A stretch of DNA of 32,000 nucleotides from Halogeometricum borinquense DSM 11551 (GCF_000172995.2 NC_014729.1:840001-872000); one strand, 5' to 3'; positions 15,567 through 24,849 are shown, counted from the first letter of the stretch. Program-made: numbers and translations. The notes: generated by a model from the letters alone, not told the origin.

Positions 15567-16586
15567 CTACTGCACGCCACTCTGCCGCATCAGTTCTTCG
15601 TACGCCGCCCACGACGGATCAACGTCGGGATGTGGCACTTCCTCACCATCAACAGTGACGCCCGAACCCTCGCGGACTGTCCCCGCGACGCCAACGGGCG
15701 TACCTTCGGATTCGAGCGCCGAGACGACCGCTGCAGTCGAATCGGGATCAACTGCGAGGACGAGCGTTCCCCCAGTCGTCGCCGTCCACGGGTCCATTCC
15801 AAGGAATTCGCACGTCTCCTCGACACCCGGTCGGAGAGGTATCTCGTCTGTCGAAATGTCGAGTTGGACGCCCGCGCCGTCGGCGACTTCGTTCAGTGCG
15901 CCGAACAGGCCACACTCGGTCGCGTCGTGCATCGCGTGGACGCCGCCGACGGCCGACGCGGTCATCGCGTCGCGGACGCACTCGGCCTCGTCGAGACGGG
16001 ATTGCGCCGCACGGAGCGTCGTTTCCGGCAGGTCGAACTGGTCGGGAAACAGAGTCGTCAACAATCCTGTTGCTTCCACGGCGGGTCCTTTCGTCACCAG
16101 CACGTCGTCGCCGACGCGTGCGCCGTCGGGTCGAATCACGTCCTCGTGGTCACCGACGGCGAGGGCGGTGGCCCCGCCGACCCACGGGAACGAACACCCC
16201 GAATAGCGGGCTGTGTGGCCCGTGACGATACTAACGCCGAGATCTTCGGCTTCTTCGTGCATTGCCGTCCAGAGAGTAGCGAACGACTCGTCTTCGAAGT
16301 CCGGTGGAAGCGTAAACGAGATAGCGAGATGGGAGGGCGGGAGTCCCGAGACGGCCACATCGGCGAGGACAAAGTCGAGCGTAAATCGTCCAGCACGGGC
16401 GAGTCCGAGGTCCGGCAGCACGGAAACAGGGTCTGTGGCGATTGCGACGGCCGTCCCATCGAGATCAAGAAGGCCGAAATCGACGCCATGGGTTGGGCCG
16501 AGTGCGACATCGTCGCGTCCGGCCCCGAGGTTCGAGAAGACGTACTGGTCGAAGAACGTGCGATCCACCTTTCCGAGATCAGTCAT
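15567..16586 (-). CDS. AIR synthase-related protein (PurM/HypE/ThiL/SelD superfamily)
   Basis: The start is at the ATG at 16586 (MTDLGKVDRTFFDQ..). The motifs ..AIATDPVSV.. and ..IVTGHTARY.., plus the two-domain layout, are typical of PurM-like ATP-binding proteins. The track's longer N-terminus is an artefact that runs through an upstream DNA repeat. Confidence 0.75.
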   Translation of the reverse strand: MTDLGKVDRTFFDQYVFSNLGAGRDDVALGPTHGVDFGLLDLDGTAVAIATDPVSVLPDLGLARAGRFTLDFVLADVAVSGLPPSHLAISFTLPPDFEDESFATLWTAMHEEAEDLGVSIVTGHTARYSGCSFPWVGGATALAVGDHEDVIRPDGARVGDDVLVTKGPAVEATGLLTTLFPDQFDLPETTLRAAQSRLDEAECVRDAMTASAVGGVHAMHDATECGLFGALNEVADGAGVQLDISTDEIPLRPGVEETCEFLGMDPWTATTGGTLVLAVDPDSTAAVVSALESEGTPVGVAGTVREGSGVTVDGEEVPHPDVDPSWAAYEELMRQSGVQ

Positions 16587-16620
16587 GTCGGTGGGTCGCA
16601 GGCGGGCGGTTTCAACGTGC

Positions 16621-16656
16621 CGTTGTCGGCGCTCCGAACGTTGTCGGCGCTCCGAA
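16621..16656. repeat. perfect 18-bp tandem duplication cgttgtcggcgctccgaa x2 upstream of the AIR synthase-related gene
   Basis: Read directly: 16621-16638 equals 16639-16656. The repeat lies 35-70 nt upstream of the minus-strand ATG at 16586, just distal to an AT-richer TTGAAA at about -27. Confidence 0.9.
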
Positions 16657-16736
16657 TGCCGGTGTCTCTTGTGGGATGACCGGTTGATGGTTCCGACGGC
16701 ACGTTCGTACAGCCGCGACGCTACTCGCACTGACAG

Positions 16737-16767
16737 AAAACGACCGGCCGCGGGGACGACCGGCCGG
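16737..16767 (-). terminator. hairpin plus T4 terminator on the minus strand
   Basis: A 7-bp stem ccggccg / cggccgg (16744-16750 / 16761-16767) with a 10-nt loop. On the minus strand it is followed by TCGTTTTC (plus-strand aaaa at 16737-16740). It lies about 180 nt downstream of the hydrolase stop. Confidence 0.45.
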
Positions 16768-16944
16768 CTCATGAAGGAGACGCGAACGAGGTAGTATCAA
16801 ACGGGTCATCCACTCCCGGTAACGCGACCTCACTCCGCGTCAGACTGCGATATTCTCTCCGGGTTTAAGTAAGTCGCTAAGTCAACTCTGTGGTGGTATA
16901 TAGAATCGATTGAATATAGTTATTCTCTTGTTCGGTGGGCAACG

Positions 16945-17862
16945 CTACGGCTGGTACATCCCGAAGTGGTCGGTGAGTTCTCGCTGGACGCGGACAGGCT
17001 CTTCGTGTTGTATCCAGTGTGTCGCGTCGTCGAGAACGACGAGATGACTATTCTCGCAGTATTCGACGCTCTGGAGGGCAAGCGAACGCGTGAGGAAGGC
17101 GTCTTTCGCCCCCCACAACACCAGTGTCGGAACCCCGACCCGTTCGGTCTTCGGTCGCGGGTTCGCCCGAGCGATTGCACGGTACCAGTTGACCATCGAC
17201 CGGTACGCGCCGGGACGCGACCACGCTGCCCGGTAGCAGTCGAAGTCGGCTTCGTTGAACGTCCCCGGTTGGCTGGACCGGCGCATCAGATCGCACAGCG
17301 TGCGGTACTCGCCCATCTTCGCCAGTGCTTCCGGTATCTTCGGGAGTTGGAAGAACAGCACGTACCAGCTCTTCAACCGTTGTTCCCAGTCGTTCGACAG
17401 TGCGTGCCTGAACGCCGTCGGGTGCGGGACGTTCAAAACCGAGAGGGTTCGGAGCCGGTCGGGGGCGTGCAGTCCAACCCACCATGCGACGAACGCACCC
17501 CAGTCGTGCCCGACGAGATGGGCATCGGATAGGTCGAGTGCGTCGAGCAGTCCGAGTACGTCATCCGCAAGCTCGTCGGGGTGATAGGCATCGACAGCCT
17601 CCGGTTTGTCGCTCAAGTGGTACCCGCGTTGGTCCGGGACGATGACGCGGTATCCCTCGTCAGCCAGTGGGCCCAAGAACTCATGCCACGCATACCAGAA
17701 CTCCGGGAAGCCGTGGAGGAGGACGACCGGCTCGCCGTCTTTCGGTCCAGCGGTGACGACATGGAGTTCGACGTTACCCACTTCGACGAACTGCGACTCC
17801 CCACGAATCTGCAGGACTTCCGGCGTAACGCCGCCTTCGACGGCAGAGCCTAATGACGACAT
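16945..17862 (-). CDS. alpha/beta-fold hydrolase, epoxide hydrolase / haloalkane dehalogenase-like
   Basis: The start is at the ATG at 17862 (MSSLGSAVEGG..). The HGFPEFWYAW oxyanion motif and the GHDWGA nucleophile elbow (Asp nucleophile) are present. Confidence 0.85.
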   Translation of the reverse strand: MSSLGSAVEGGVTPEVLQIRGESQFVEVGNVELHVVTAGPKDGEPVVLLHGFPEFWYAWHEFLGPLADEGYRVIVPDQRGYHLSDKPEAVDAYHPDELADDVLGLLDALDLSDAHLVGHDWGAFVAWWVGLHAPDRLRTLSVLNVPHPTAFRHALSNDWEQRLKSWYVLFFQLPKIPEALAKMGEYRTLCDLMRRSSQPGTFNEADFDCYRAAWSRPGAYRSMVNWYRAIARANPRPKTERVGVPTLVLWGAKDAFLTRSLALQSVEYCENSHLVVLDDATHWIQHEEPVRVQRELTDHFGMYQP

Positions 17863-17886
17863 ACACCTCGTTGGTCGGCCGAGAAC

Positions 17887-17893
17887 AAATATA
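17887..17893 (-). promoter_or_regulatory. TATA box of the hydrolase gene (TATATTT on the minus strand)
   Basis: The plus-strand aaatata at 17887-17893 lies 25-31 nt upstream of the ATG at 17862. Confidence 0.5.
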
Positions 17894-17994
17894 CTGTCGG
17901 CTCTGTTGTCGAGAAGACGTTCGCTGTCTTCAGACGGCGTCTCCCGCAACGACGCCCGACAGATCCGAAGGCGGTAGTTGCGCTATTCGGTGTG

Positions 17995-20238
17995 TCAGTT
18001 TCGACCGAACAACCGCTCTTTGAGCGACCGACTCCGCGTCTGTTCGGCCAAGAGGACCGAACAATCTACCTTGTTCACCACATCGAGAACGAGCGTTCCG
18101 CGGACGAGTCGAGAGAGCAGGCCGCGTTCCGTCGCGCCGATGATGAGCATCGTCGCATCACGTGCGTGTCGTTCGATGCCTTCCTCAACGTTGACTGACT
18201 GCTCGACGATGAGTTCGGCGTCGGAGAGTCCGTGGCTTTCAGCCCACTCTGTGAGGAACTGTTCGCCTTCCGCCTTGTTGTCAGTGACGTGGAGAAGGCT
18301 CACCGTCGAGTCGTACTGTTCACGGAGAGTGACCGCCACGGCGGCAGAGAGGTCAGAGTCGGGACCGCCTGCCGTCGGAACGAGGACGTGCGAGGGATCG
18401 AACCCGCGGTCCTTCAGTACGAGGAAATCACACGGGAGTGAACTGGCGAGTTCGTCGATGGCGCTCTCGGCACGTCCGGGCGCACCGTGCGAGTCCGGAC
18501 CCCATCCCATGACCGTGATGTCGGCGTCGTAGGTTCGCGCGGCGTCGAATACCTCCTCGAACGACCGGTGTGAGAGGATGGTGTGCGTCTCGATGGGTAC
18601 ATCGAACGTTTCAGCGTCTTCTCGGGCGCGTTCGAGGAGTCTGTCTGCCTCCTCGAAGTCGCCACGTTCGCGCGCGGATTCGAGTGCCGTCTGGTCGGGC
18701 ACCTGTTCGATGTGAACCGCAACGACAGTACCGTCACGCGATTTGGCGAGTGCGCTGGCGAGGGTAATGAGGTCTGTCTCGTGGGCGGGATTCGCCAGCG
18801 GAACCATCACGCGGTACTGGCCGCCGTCGGGTTGGACCGACGTGGCCGCCGAGACGGCGGCGTCGGGCATCCGCTCGGACCGGTCGAGAATATAGTCGCT
18901 GAGGACGCCGGACTCGTCCGCCTTACCGCGGGCATAGACCAGGTACCACGCCAGAGAGCCAATGACGAATCCGGCAGCCAGCGCAATCTCTTTGTCGTCC
19001 ATGAAGCCGATAAGGCCGAACGAGAGTACCGCTCCAAGAATAGGGACGGCCGGATAGAGCGGAACCGTGAAATCGGGGTCGTAGTCGGCGACATCGGACT
19101 CCCGCATCACGATGAGAGCGATGTTCATCAGCCCGTAAACGATGAGATGCAGGACGCTCCCCGCCTTCGCCAGCACCTTCACGTTACCGACAGCGATGAA
19201 CAGGAGGATGAGGACACCGGTGACGGCGATAGAGCGGTACGGCGTCGAGAAACGCGGGTGGATGTCGTTCAACCATGCCGTGATGAGTTTGTCTCGCCCC
19301 ATAGCGAAGTTGATGCGCGACGACGCGAGGATGGAAGCATTCGCACTGGACGCGGTGGCGAGGAGGCCGCCGAACAGGATGAGGCTCCCACCGAGGACGC
19401 CGAGTCCGAGTGTGTTCGAGAAGACAACTTCCGCCACGTCGATGACGGGCGTCGTAGACTGGGCGAGTTCCGTCCAGTTGACGACACCCATCAGCATCAC
19501 CATGATGATGGCGTACATCACAGTCACGATGACGACAGACCCGACGACGGCCAGCGGGAGGTTCCGGCTGGGATTCTTTATCTCCTCGGCGACAGTCGTG
19601 ATCTTGGCGAAGCCAAGGAAGGAAACGAACACGAGCGCCGTGCCGGGTAGGATACTCCCGTACCCGTTCGGCGCGAACGGCCGGAGCGTCGAGAGATCAG
19701 TCATCGTGAGACCGAGAATGGTAAACACCGTTAGGATGGCGACCAGCGTGATGACGATGATATTCTGGAGTGTCCCAGTCTCCTTTGCGCCGACGTAGTT
19801 GACGCCGATGAACGTCGCGCCAGCGAGGAGTGCGGCCACCTGCGTCGGAGCAAGCGTGAGTATCCCGAGACCGATAGACGGCACGTTCACGAGTTCGATG
19901 ATGAACCCGCCGAAGCCGAGCATGTAGAACGCCGATGCGAACGCTAGCCCCATCCAGTTGCCCATTCCGGCGATGCTCCCGAACAGTGGTCCCAGCGCGT
20001 GGTTGATATAGTAGTAACTGCCGCCGGCTTTCGGCATCGCCGTCCCGAGTTCGGACGCGGAGAGGGCTGTGAAGATGGAGACGACACCCCCGACGACGAA
20101 CGAAACTGCGACGACGGGACCGGCGATGGCGGCTGCTTCGCCTGGCAGGACGAAGATACCCGCGCCGATCATCGTGCCGACACCGATAGTCAAAGCGGCG
20201 AGTGGTCCCAAGTCTTTGGCGAGTTCTTCGTCGGTCAC
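17995..20238 (-). CDS. APC-superfamily amino acid permease fused to two C-terminal UspA domains
   Basis: A 747-aa ORF. The N-terminal ~450 aa form a polytopic permease (..GAGIFVLPGEAA..). Two universal-stress-protein-like modules follow (..VMVPLANPAHE.., ..VLVPTAGGPDS..). Confidence 0.85.
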   Translation of the reverse strand: MTDEELAKDLGPLAALTIGVGTMIGAGIFVLPGEAAAIAGPVVAVSFVVGGVVSIFTALSASELGTAMPKAGGSYYYINHALGPLFGSIAGMGNWMGLAFASAFYMLGFGGFIIELVNVPSIGLGILTLAPTQVAALLAGATFIGVNYVGAKETGTLQNIIVITLVAILTVFTILGLTMTDLSTLRPFAPNGYGSILPGTALVFVSFLGFAKITTVAEEIKNPSRNLPLAVVGSVVIVTVMYAIIMVMLMGVVNWTELAQSTTPVIDVAEVVFSNTLGLGVLGGSLILFGGLLATASSANASILASSRINFAMGRDKLITAWLNDIHPRFSTPYRSIAVTGVLILLFIAVGNVKVLAKAGSVLHLIVYGLMNIALIVMRESDVADYDPDFTVPLYPAVPILGAVLSFGLIGFMDDKEIALAAGFVIGSLAWYLVYARGKADESGVLSDYILDRSERMPDAAVSAATSVQPDGGQYRVMVPLANPAHETDLITLASALAKSRDGTVVAVHIEQVPDQTALESARERGDFEEADRLLERAREDAETFDVPIETHTILSHRSFEEVFDAARTYDADITVMGWGPDSHGAPGRAESAIDELASSLPCDFLVLKDRGFDPSHVLVPTAGGPDSDLSAAVAVTLREQYDSTVSLLHVTDNKAEGEQFLTEWAESHGLSDAELIVEQSVNVEEGIERHARDATMLIIGATERGLLSRLVRGTLVLDVVNKVDCSVLLAEQTRSRSLKERLFGRN

Positions 20239-20290
20239 GCAGAATCACCTCCGTGTGAATCCACTGTGAGCGGGGAAGAATAGTCGTCGC

Positions 20291-20752
20291 TCACGCGTCC
20301 ACCTCCGCAGTGTCAGCGGCTGGCAGAACGACCACTGGAAGATCGCTTTTGGTTACCAGCGACTCGCGCGTGTCGCCGGAGAACAGGTCCCACCACCGCT
20401 TGCCACCGCGCGGGGTGAACGTAATGCACGTCGCCCCGATATCGTGTGCGGTGTCGATGATCGTCGCTGCGACATCCGTTCCGTAGCGAAGCGTCGTCTC
20501 CACCTCGACGCCTGCGTCGTCGCTCTCCTCGCGGATGAAGTCGAACATCTCTTCGGCGAGTTCCTCGCGTTGTTCGACCGACGCCTTATCAGGTGCGCCG
20601 CCGGCTTTCTCGATAACGTGGACGAAAACGGGGTCGCCTCCGTTGGCGGCGATACGCGGGAGGACGGCCGCGGCAGTTGCGGCAGCATCGTCGTCGTTCG
20701 CCACAGGAATCAACGGGCGGTCGAATAACGGCGCAATAGTCTCTTCATCCAT
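20291..20752 (-). CDS. universal stress protein (UspA family)
   Basis: The start is at the ATG at 20752 (MDEETIAPLFDRPLIPVAN..). The C-terminal ..ITFTPRGG..VVVLP.. region is Usp-like. The gene lies 52 nt upstream of the permease, so the two are probably one operon. Confidence 0.75.
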   Translation of the reverse strand: MDEETIAPLFDRPLIPVANDDDAAATAAAVLPRIAANGGDPVFVHVIEKAGGAPDKASVEQREELAEEMFDFIREESDDAGVEVETTLRYGTDVAATIIDTAHDIGATCITFTPRGGKRWWDLFSGDTRESLVTKSDLPVVVLPAADTAEVDA

Positions 20753-20944
20753 GTCGGCCACCGCCGTCGGCACCGTGTGTGGTTCGACGGGTGAGCGTCT
20801 CCCGCGTCGCGTTCGCGCCGTCACGTTCGAGTGAGAATCCGGCGCGTGTCCGGTTGCCTTCGTCCGAACGGGACGTACGTGTACGTGAACGGGTACGACG
20901 TTGAGTCATAGGCGACGCGTTGTCCCTCCTCGGCTTTAGAAGTT

Positions 20945-20966
20945 CGCAAAACGCAGCGGACTGCGT
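20945..20966 (-). terminator. hairpin plus T-run after the hypothetical gene
   Basis: On the minus strand: ACGCAG-TCCG-CTGCGT followed by TTTG, about 30 nt after the stop at 20997. Confidence 0.4.
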
Positions 20967-20996
20967 GGATAACGCGTCAACTACTCTCGAACGGCC

Positions 20997-21395
20997 TCAG
21001 ACCGCCGCGACCCACGCGCAGTAGTCTTCGTCGCGGCCGTACACATCGGTGAACACTCTATCGACGAACGCGGCGAGACGGTTCGCGTCCGACCGCGCGA
21101 TGATCCGGAGATTCGTTCCCTCGGCTTCCTCGGGCGACTCCATCTGATCGATACGGAACTCAGGGAACTCCGAGAGAAGCGACTTCGCACATTCGAGTTC
21201 CTCCTCGGTGACGTCCATATTGAACGTCTGGTCGGCGAACTGCACCCACGGCGCGGGCGAGTCCTCGCCGTCTACATCCGGGTCGTGTTCGACTTCGACA
21301 GTGAGAAACGGACTCGCGCGCGTCCGGTGTGCAGTGACCGCCTCGGCGAACAGTTTCCGTCGCTCCTTCGGGCTGTCGGCATCGAATCTGGTCAT
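20997..21395 (-). CDS. conserved acidic hypothetical protein
   Basis: A 132-aa ORF from the ATG at 21395 (MTRFDADSPKERRKLF..) with acidic, haloarchaeal-type composition. I recognise no motif. Confidence 0.5.
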   Translation of the reverse strand: MTRFDADSPKERRKLFAEAVTAHRTRASPFLTVEVEHDPDVDGEDSPAPWVQFADQTFNMDVTEEELECAKSLLSEFPEFRIDQMESPEEAEGTNLRIIARSDANRLAAFVDRVFTDVYGRDEDYCAWVAAV

Positions 21396-21556
21396 AGCAG
21401 TCTTTCGTCCGGGGGCGTAGAAAAGCACCGTGACCGCCCGCGTTCATCTTGTTAGCCCGGATGTATTGTCGAACGGTCCGGGTTTCGGCACATTTCTCCG
21501 TAGTTTCTCCGACAGGTCCTGCAACCGACCCGAAAGGAGAGACGCTTTCTTCAACG

Positions 21557-21561
21557 TTATA
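21557..21561 (+). promoter_or_regulatory. TATA-like element of adk
   Basis: A ttata lies 25-29 nt upstream of the ATG at 21586. Confidence 0.4.
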
Positions 21562-21585
21562 CCGTCGGCCCGGGATGGGTCGAAC

Positions 21586-22227
21586 ATGGGTAAGCACATC
21601 CTGTTGCTCGGCGCACCCGGTGCCGGAAAGGGAACACAGTCGAAGCGACTCGCCTCCGAGTTCGACCTCGAACACGTCACGACGGGTGACGCGCTGCGCG
21701 CGAACAAGGACATGGACATCAGCGACATGGACTTCGAGTACGACACGCCGCGCGAGTACATGGAGTCCGGTGACCTGGTCCCCGACGATGTGGTAAACGA
21801 AATCGTGAAGACGGCGCTGCAAGAGGCCGACGGCTACGTCCTCGACGGCTACCCGCGCAACATCGAACAGGCCGAGTACCTCACTGAGATTACGGACCTC
21901 GACGCTGTTCTCTACCTCGACGTGAGCGAGGAGGAACTCGTGGAGCGACTCACCGGTCGTCGCGTCTGCGACGACTGCGGTGCAAACTACCACGTCGAGT
22001 TTGCCCCGCCCGAGGAAGACGGCGTCTGTGACGACTGCGGTGGAGAACTCATCCAGCGCGAGGACGACACCGAGGAGACGGTCCGCGAACGACTCACCGT
22101 CTACCACAAGAACACCGAACCCGTCGTGAACCACTACCGCGATGAGGGCGTCCTCGTCGAAATCGACGGTGAACAGACCCCAGACGGCGTGTTCGACGAC
22201 GTGGCAGAAGTCGTCGAAGACGCGTAA
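21586..22227 (+). CDS. adk: adenylate kinase (bacterial-type, zinc-lid form)
   Basis: The start is at the ATG at 21586 ([18 protein letters not shown], the P-loop). The lid carries CDDCG..CDDCG. The track's longer ORF upstream of this start is not protein-like. Confidence 0.9.
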   Translation: MGKHILLLGAPGAGKGTQSKRLASEFDLEHVTTGDALRANKDMDISDMDFEYDTPREYMESGDLVPDDVVNEIVKTALQEADGYVLDGYPRNIEQAEYLTEITDLDAVLYLDVSEEELVERLTGRRVCDDCGANYHVEFAPPEEDGVCDDCGGELIQREDDTEETVRERLTVYHKNTEPVVNHYRDEGVLVEIDGEQTPDGVFDDVAEVVEDA

Positions 22228-22371
22228 ACGCGGACAGCACGCGGTTTCTTCGTTTTAAACTGGCCGAGCGAACGCTCAGCATACGGTTGACGCGGTCGGT
22301 TCGACAGTGACGGGTACGCGACGTAGTCGGTGACGGCGGAGTTTTCAGTCGCGGCGGAGAACCCGGTGGAC

Positions 22372-24849
22372 ATGGATGCGACACCGGAAGCCGCGACTCC
22401 CCCGCAGGTTCTGTTCGTCGGCGGTCCCGAGTGGGCTGATTCGGCGGTTGAAGAACTACGGTCGGTCGCGTCCGTCCAGCGAGTTGAGAGTGTCGCGGAC
22501 GGGTGCGAACGACTGTCGTCGGGTCATCCGGACGCTGTCGTGGTGGCGCGGTCGGAGGATGGTGTGACGGCTGTTTCGACGCTCCGTGCCGACGCTGCGG
22601 ATCTTCCGATTGTCTTCTGTACCGATATCGGAAGCGAGTCCGTCGCCCGCGACGTTCTCGCCGCCGGAGCGACGGACTACGTTCCGTTTGACACGCCCGA
22701 TTTCGGGTCGTACGTCCGCGAGCGCACGGTCGAAGCCGCCGCTGAGGCCGCAGAACGCGTCGAACTGGAGCGTGAACTCCGAGCGTCCGAGGAACTCCAC
22801 CGTGTCACGCTCAACAACATGACCGACACGGTCCTCATCACCGACGATGAAGGGAAGTTCACCTACGTCTGTCCGAACGTTCACTTCATCTTCGGTTACA
22901 CCGAAGCGGAGATACGCGACCTCGGGAGTATCGACGCGCTTCTCGGCGACGACTTGTTCGAGGAGTCTGAACTCGAAAAATCGGGGGTTCTGACGAACGT
23001 CGAGTGTACGGCGACCGACAAAGCGGGCGAGGAACACACGCTCTTGGTCAACGTCCGCGAGGTGTCGATTCAGGGCGGGACGACGCTCTACAGTTGCCGA
23101 GACGTAACAAAGCGAAAACAGCGCGAGGAGTCACTGACGGGGCTGCATCGGACGACGAGCGAACTCCAGTACGCCGAGACGGTACAGGAAATCGCCCACC
23201 GCGTCGTTGACGACGCAGACGAGATTCTCGGGTGCGCGGCGAGTGCAGTTTTCCGATTCGACGCCGAGACGAATCGTCTCGAACCGGTCGCACACACGCC
23301 AGCGATGGACCGGCTATACGGCCCGCTTCCGTCGTTCAGGCCCTCGGAAGGGAACCTTATCGGGCGGGCGTTCGTGACCGGTGAACCGCTGTTCTTCGAC
23401 GACGTTCACGAGTCGCCCGCGCTCTCGAACCCGGCGACAGACCTCCGGAGCGTCGTTGTCCTTTCGCTCGGAGACCACGGTGTCCTCGTCGCCGGTGTCG
23501 ATACCGTTGGCGCGTTCGATGAGGTTCACAGCGAAATCGCGGATCTGTTGGCGACGACGGCGGAGGCGGCACTCGACCGAGTGAAACGGCAATCGCAACT
23601 CCGCGAACAGGACCGCGAACTCCAGCGGCGCAACGAGCGACTCGTCTCGCTCAACCGCGTCAACGAGATTATCCGCGAGGTGGACCAGTCACTTATCCGA
23701 GCGGAGACGCGTGAGGCGGTCGAACGCGCCGTCTGTGAACGCCTGACCGCCGAAGACCGCTACGAGTTCGCGTGGGTCGGGTCTATCGATCCGACTTCGC
23801 AGACGCTCGTTCCACGGGCCGCAAGCGGAACTGGACGAGGATACCTCGACGACCGGTCTCTCGCTCTCGACCCCGAGGGAGAGCCGGCGTGTTCGACCGC
23901 CGCGACGGACGAGGAGACGCTGGTCTCGAACGTTGCGACCGACCTACAGCAACAGCCGTGGCGACGAGCGGCACTGGAACGCGACTTCCAGTCAGTCGTC
24001 GCGGTCCCGCTCTCGTACGACGGCGTCGCGTACGGGGTGCTGACGGTCTACGCTGATCGACCCGCCGCCTTCGACGGGATGGTTCGAACAGTGATGGCCG
24101 AACTGGGTGAGACAGTTGCATCGGCTATCAGCGCCGTCGAACGCAAGGCGGCGCTCCTGACGACGGCCGTCACTCGCGTCGAGTACGCGGTTGCCGGGGG
24201 TTCGTTCCCGCTCGCTCGCGTGGCCGAACGTGCCGACTGTACGCTGTCCGTCGTCACCGGTATCCAGCAGACTGTCGAGGACGATGCGCTGTTCGCCACC
24301 GTCGAAGGAGCGTCGATGGATGCTGTCAGGGCGGCCGCGGCGGACACCGCAGGGATCGCTGAGTATCGCGTCGTCGCCGGCGACGACGCCGCTGGGACGG
24401 TCTGGTTCCGATTCGTCCGGCCGGTAATCGCCTCGCGCCTCGCCAACCACGGCGTCGTCCTCCGGCGAGCGGAGGCGACCCCCACGGAGACACTCCTCGA
24501 AATCGACATTCCCGACGGCGTCGAACTCCACAGCATCACGCAACTGCTCTCGGGGACGTTCGACGCCGTCGAACTGCGTTCGAAGCGACACCGTGAGCAA
24601 CCGTCCGGCGGCGAGTTCACTGCGGCCGTCTTGGACCGACTGACAGAGCGCCAACTGGAGGTTGTCCAGACCGCGTACTACGCTGGCTACTTCGAGAATC
24701 CGCGGGCACATTCGGGCGACGAAGTCGCAGACGTTCTCGGCGTCTCGCCGGCGGCATTCTACCGCCACATTCGCACCGTCCAGCGAAAACTGTTCGCCGT
24801 CCTCTTCGAGGAAACGGAGTACTCGGCAAGTATTGCACGAGACTATTGA
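22372..24849 (+). CDS. Bat-like (bacterio-opsin activator family) regulator: receiver-like domain, PAS, GAF, GAF, BAT domain, HTH_10
   Basis: The start is at the ATG at 22372. The C-terminal LTERQLEVVQTAYYAGYFENPRAHSGDEVADVLGVSPAAFYRHIRTVQRKL is a canonical HTH_10. PAS (..LNNMTDTVLITDDEGKFTYVCPN..) and GAF-like segments lie upstream of it. Confidence 0.85.
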   Translation: MDATPEAATPPQVLFVGGPEWADSAVEELRSVASVQRVESVADGCERLSSGHPDAVVVARSEDGVTAVSTLRADAADLPIVFCTDIGSESVARDVLAAGATDYVPFDTPDFGSYVRERTVEAAAEAAERVELERELRASEELHRVTLNNMTDTVLITDDEGKFTYVCPNVHFIFGYTEAEIRDLGSIDALLGDDLFEESELEKSGVLTNVECTATDKAGEEHTLLVNVREVSIQGGTTLYSCRDVTKRKQREESLTGLHRTTSELQYAETVQEIAHRVVDDADEILGCAASAVFRFDAETNRLEPVAHTPAMDRLYGPLPSFRPSEGNLIGRAFVTGEPLFFDDVHESPALSNPATDLRSVVVLSLGDHGVLVAGVDTVGAFDEVHSEIADLLATTAEAALDRVKRQSQLREQDRELQRRNERLVSLNRVNEIIREVDQSLIRAETREAVERAVCERLTAEDRYEFAWVGSIDPTSQTLVPRAASGTGRGYLDDRSLALDPEGEPACSTAATDEETLVSNVATDLQQQPWRRAALERDFQSVVAVPLSYDGVAYGVLTVYADRPAAFDGMVRTVMAELGETVASAISAVERKAALLTTAVTRVEYAVAGGSFPLARVAERADCTLSVVTGIQQTVEDDALFATVEGASMDAVRAAAADTAGIAEYRVVAGDDAAGTVWFRFVRPVIASRLANHGVVLRRAEATPTETLLEIDIPDGVELHSITQLLSGTFDAVELRSKRHREQPSGGEFTAAVLDRLTERQLEVVQTAYYAGYFENPRAHSGDEVADVLGVSPAAFYRHIRTVQRKLFAVLFEETEYSASIARDY

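Noticed and set aside
21160-22134. A 324-aa minus-strand ORF overlapping adk and its upstream region.
   Set aside because: It is antisense to adenylate kinase, which has unambiguous P-loop and zinc-lid motifs. Its composition is basic and rich in Val and Arg. It is a GC-rich antisense artefact.
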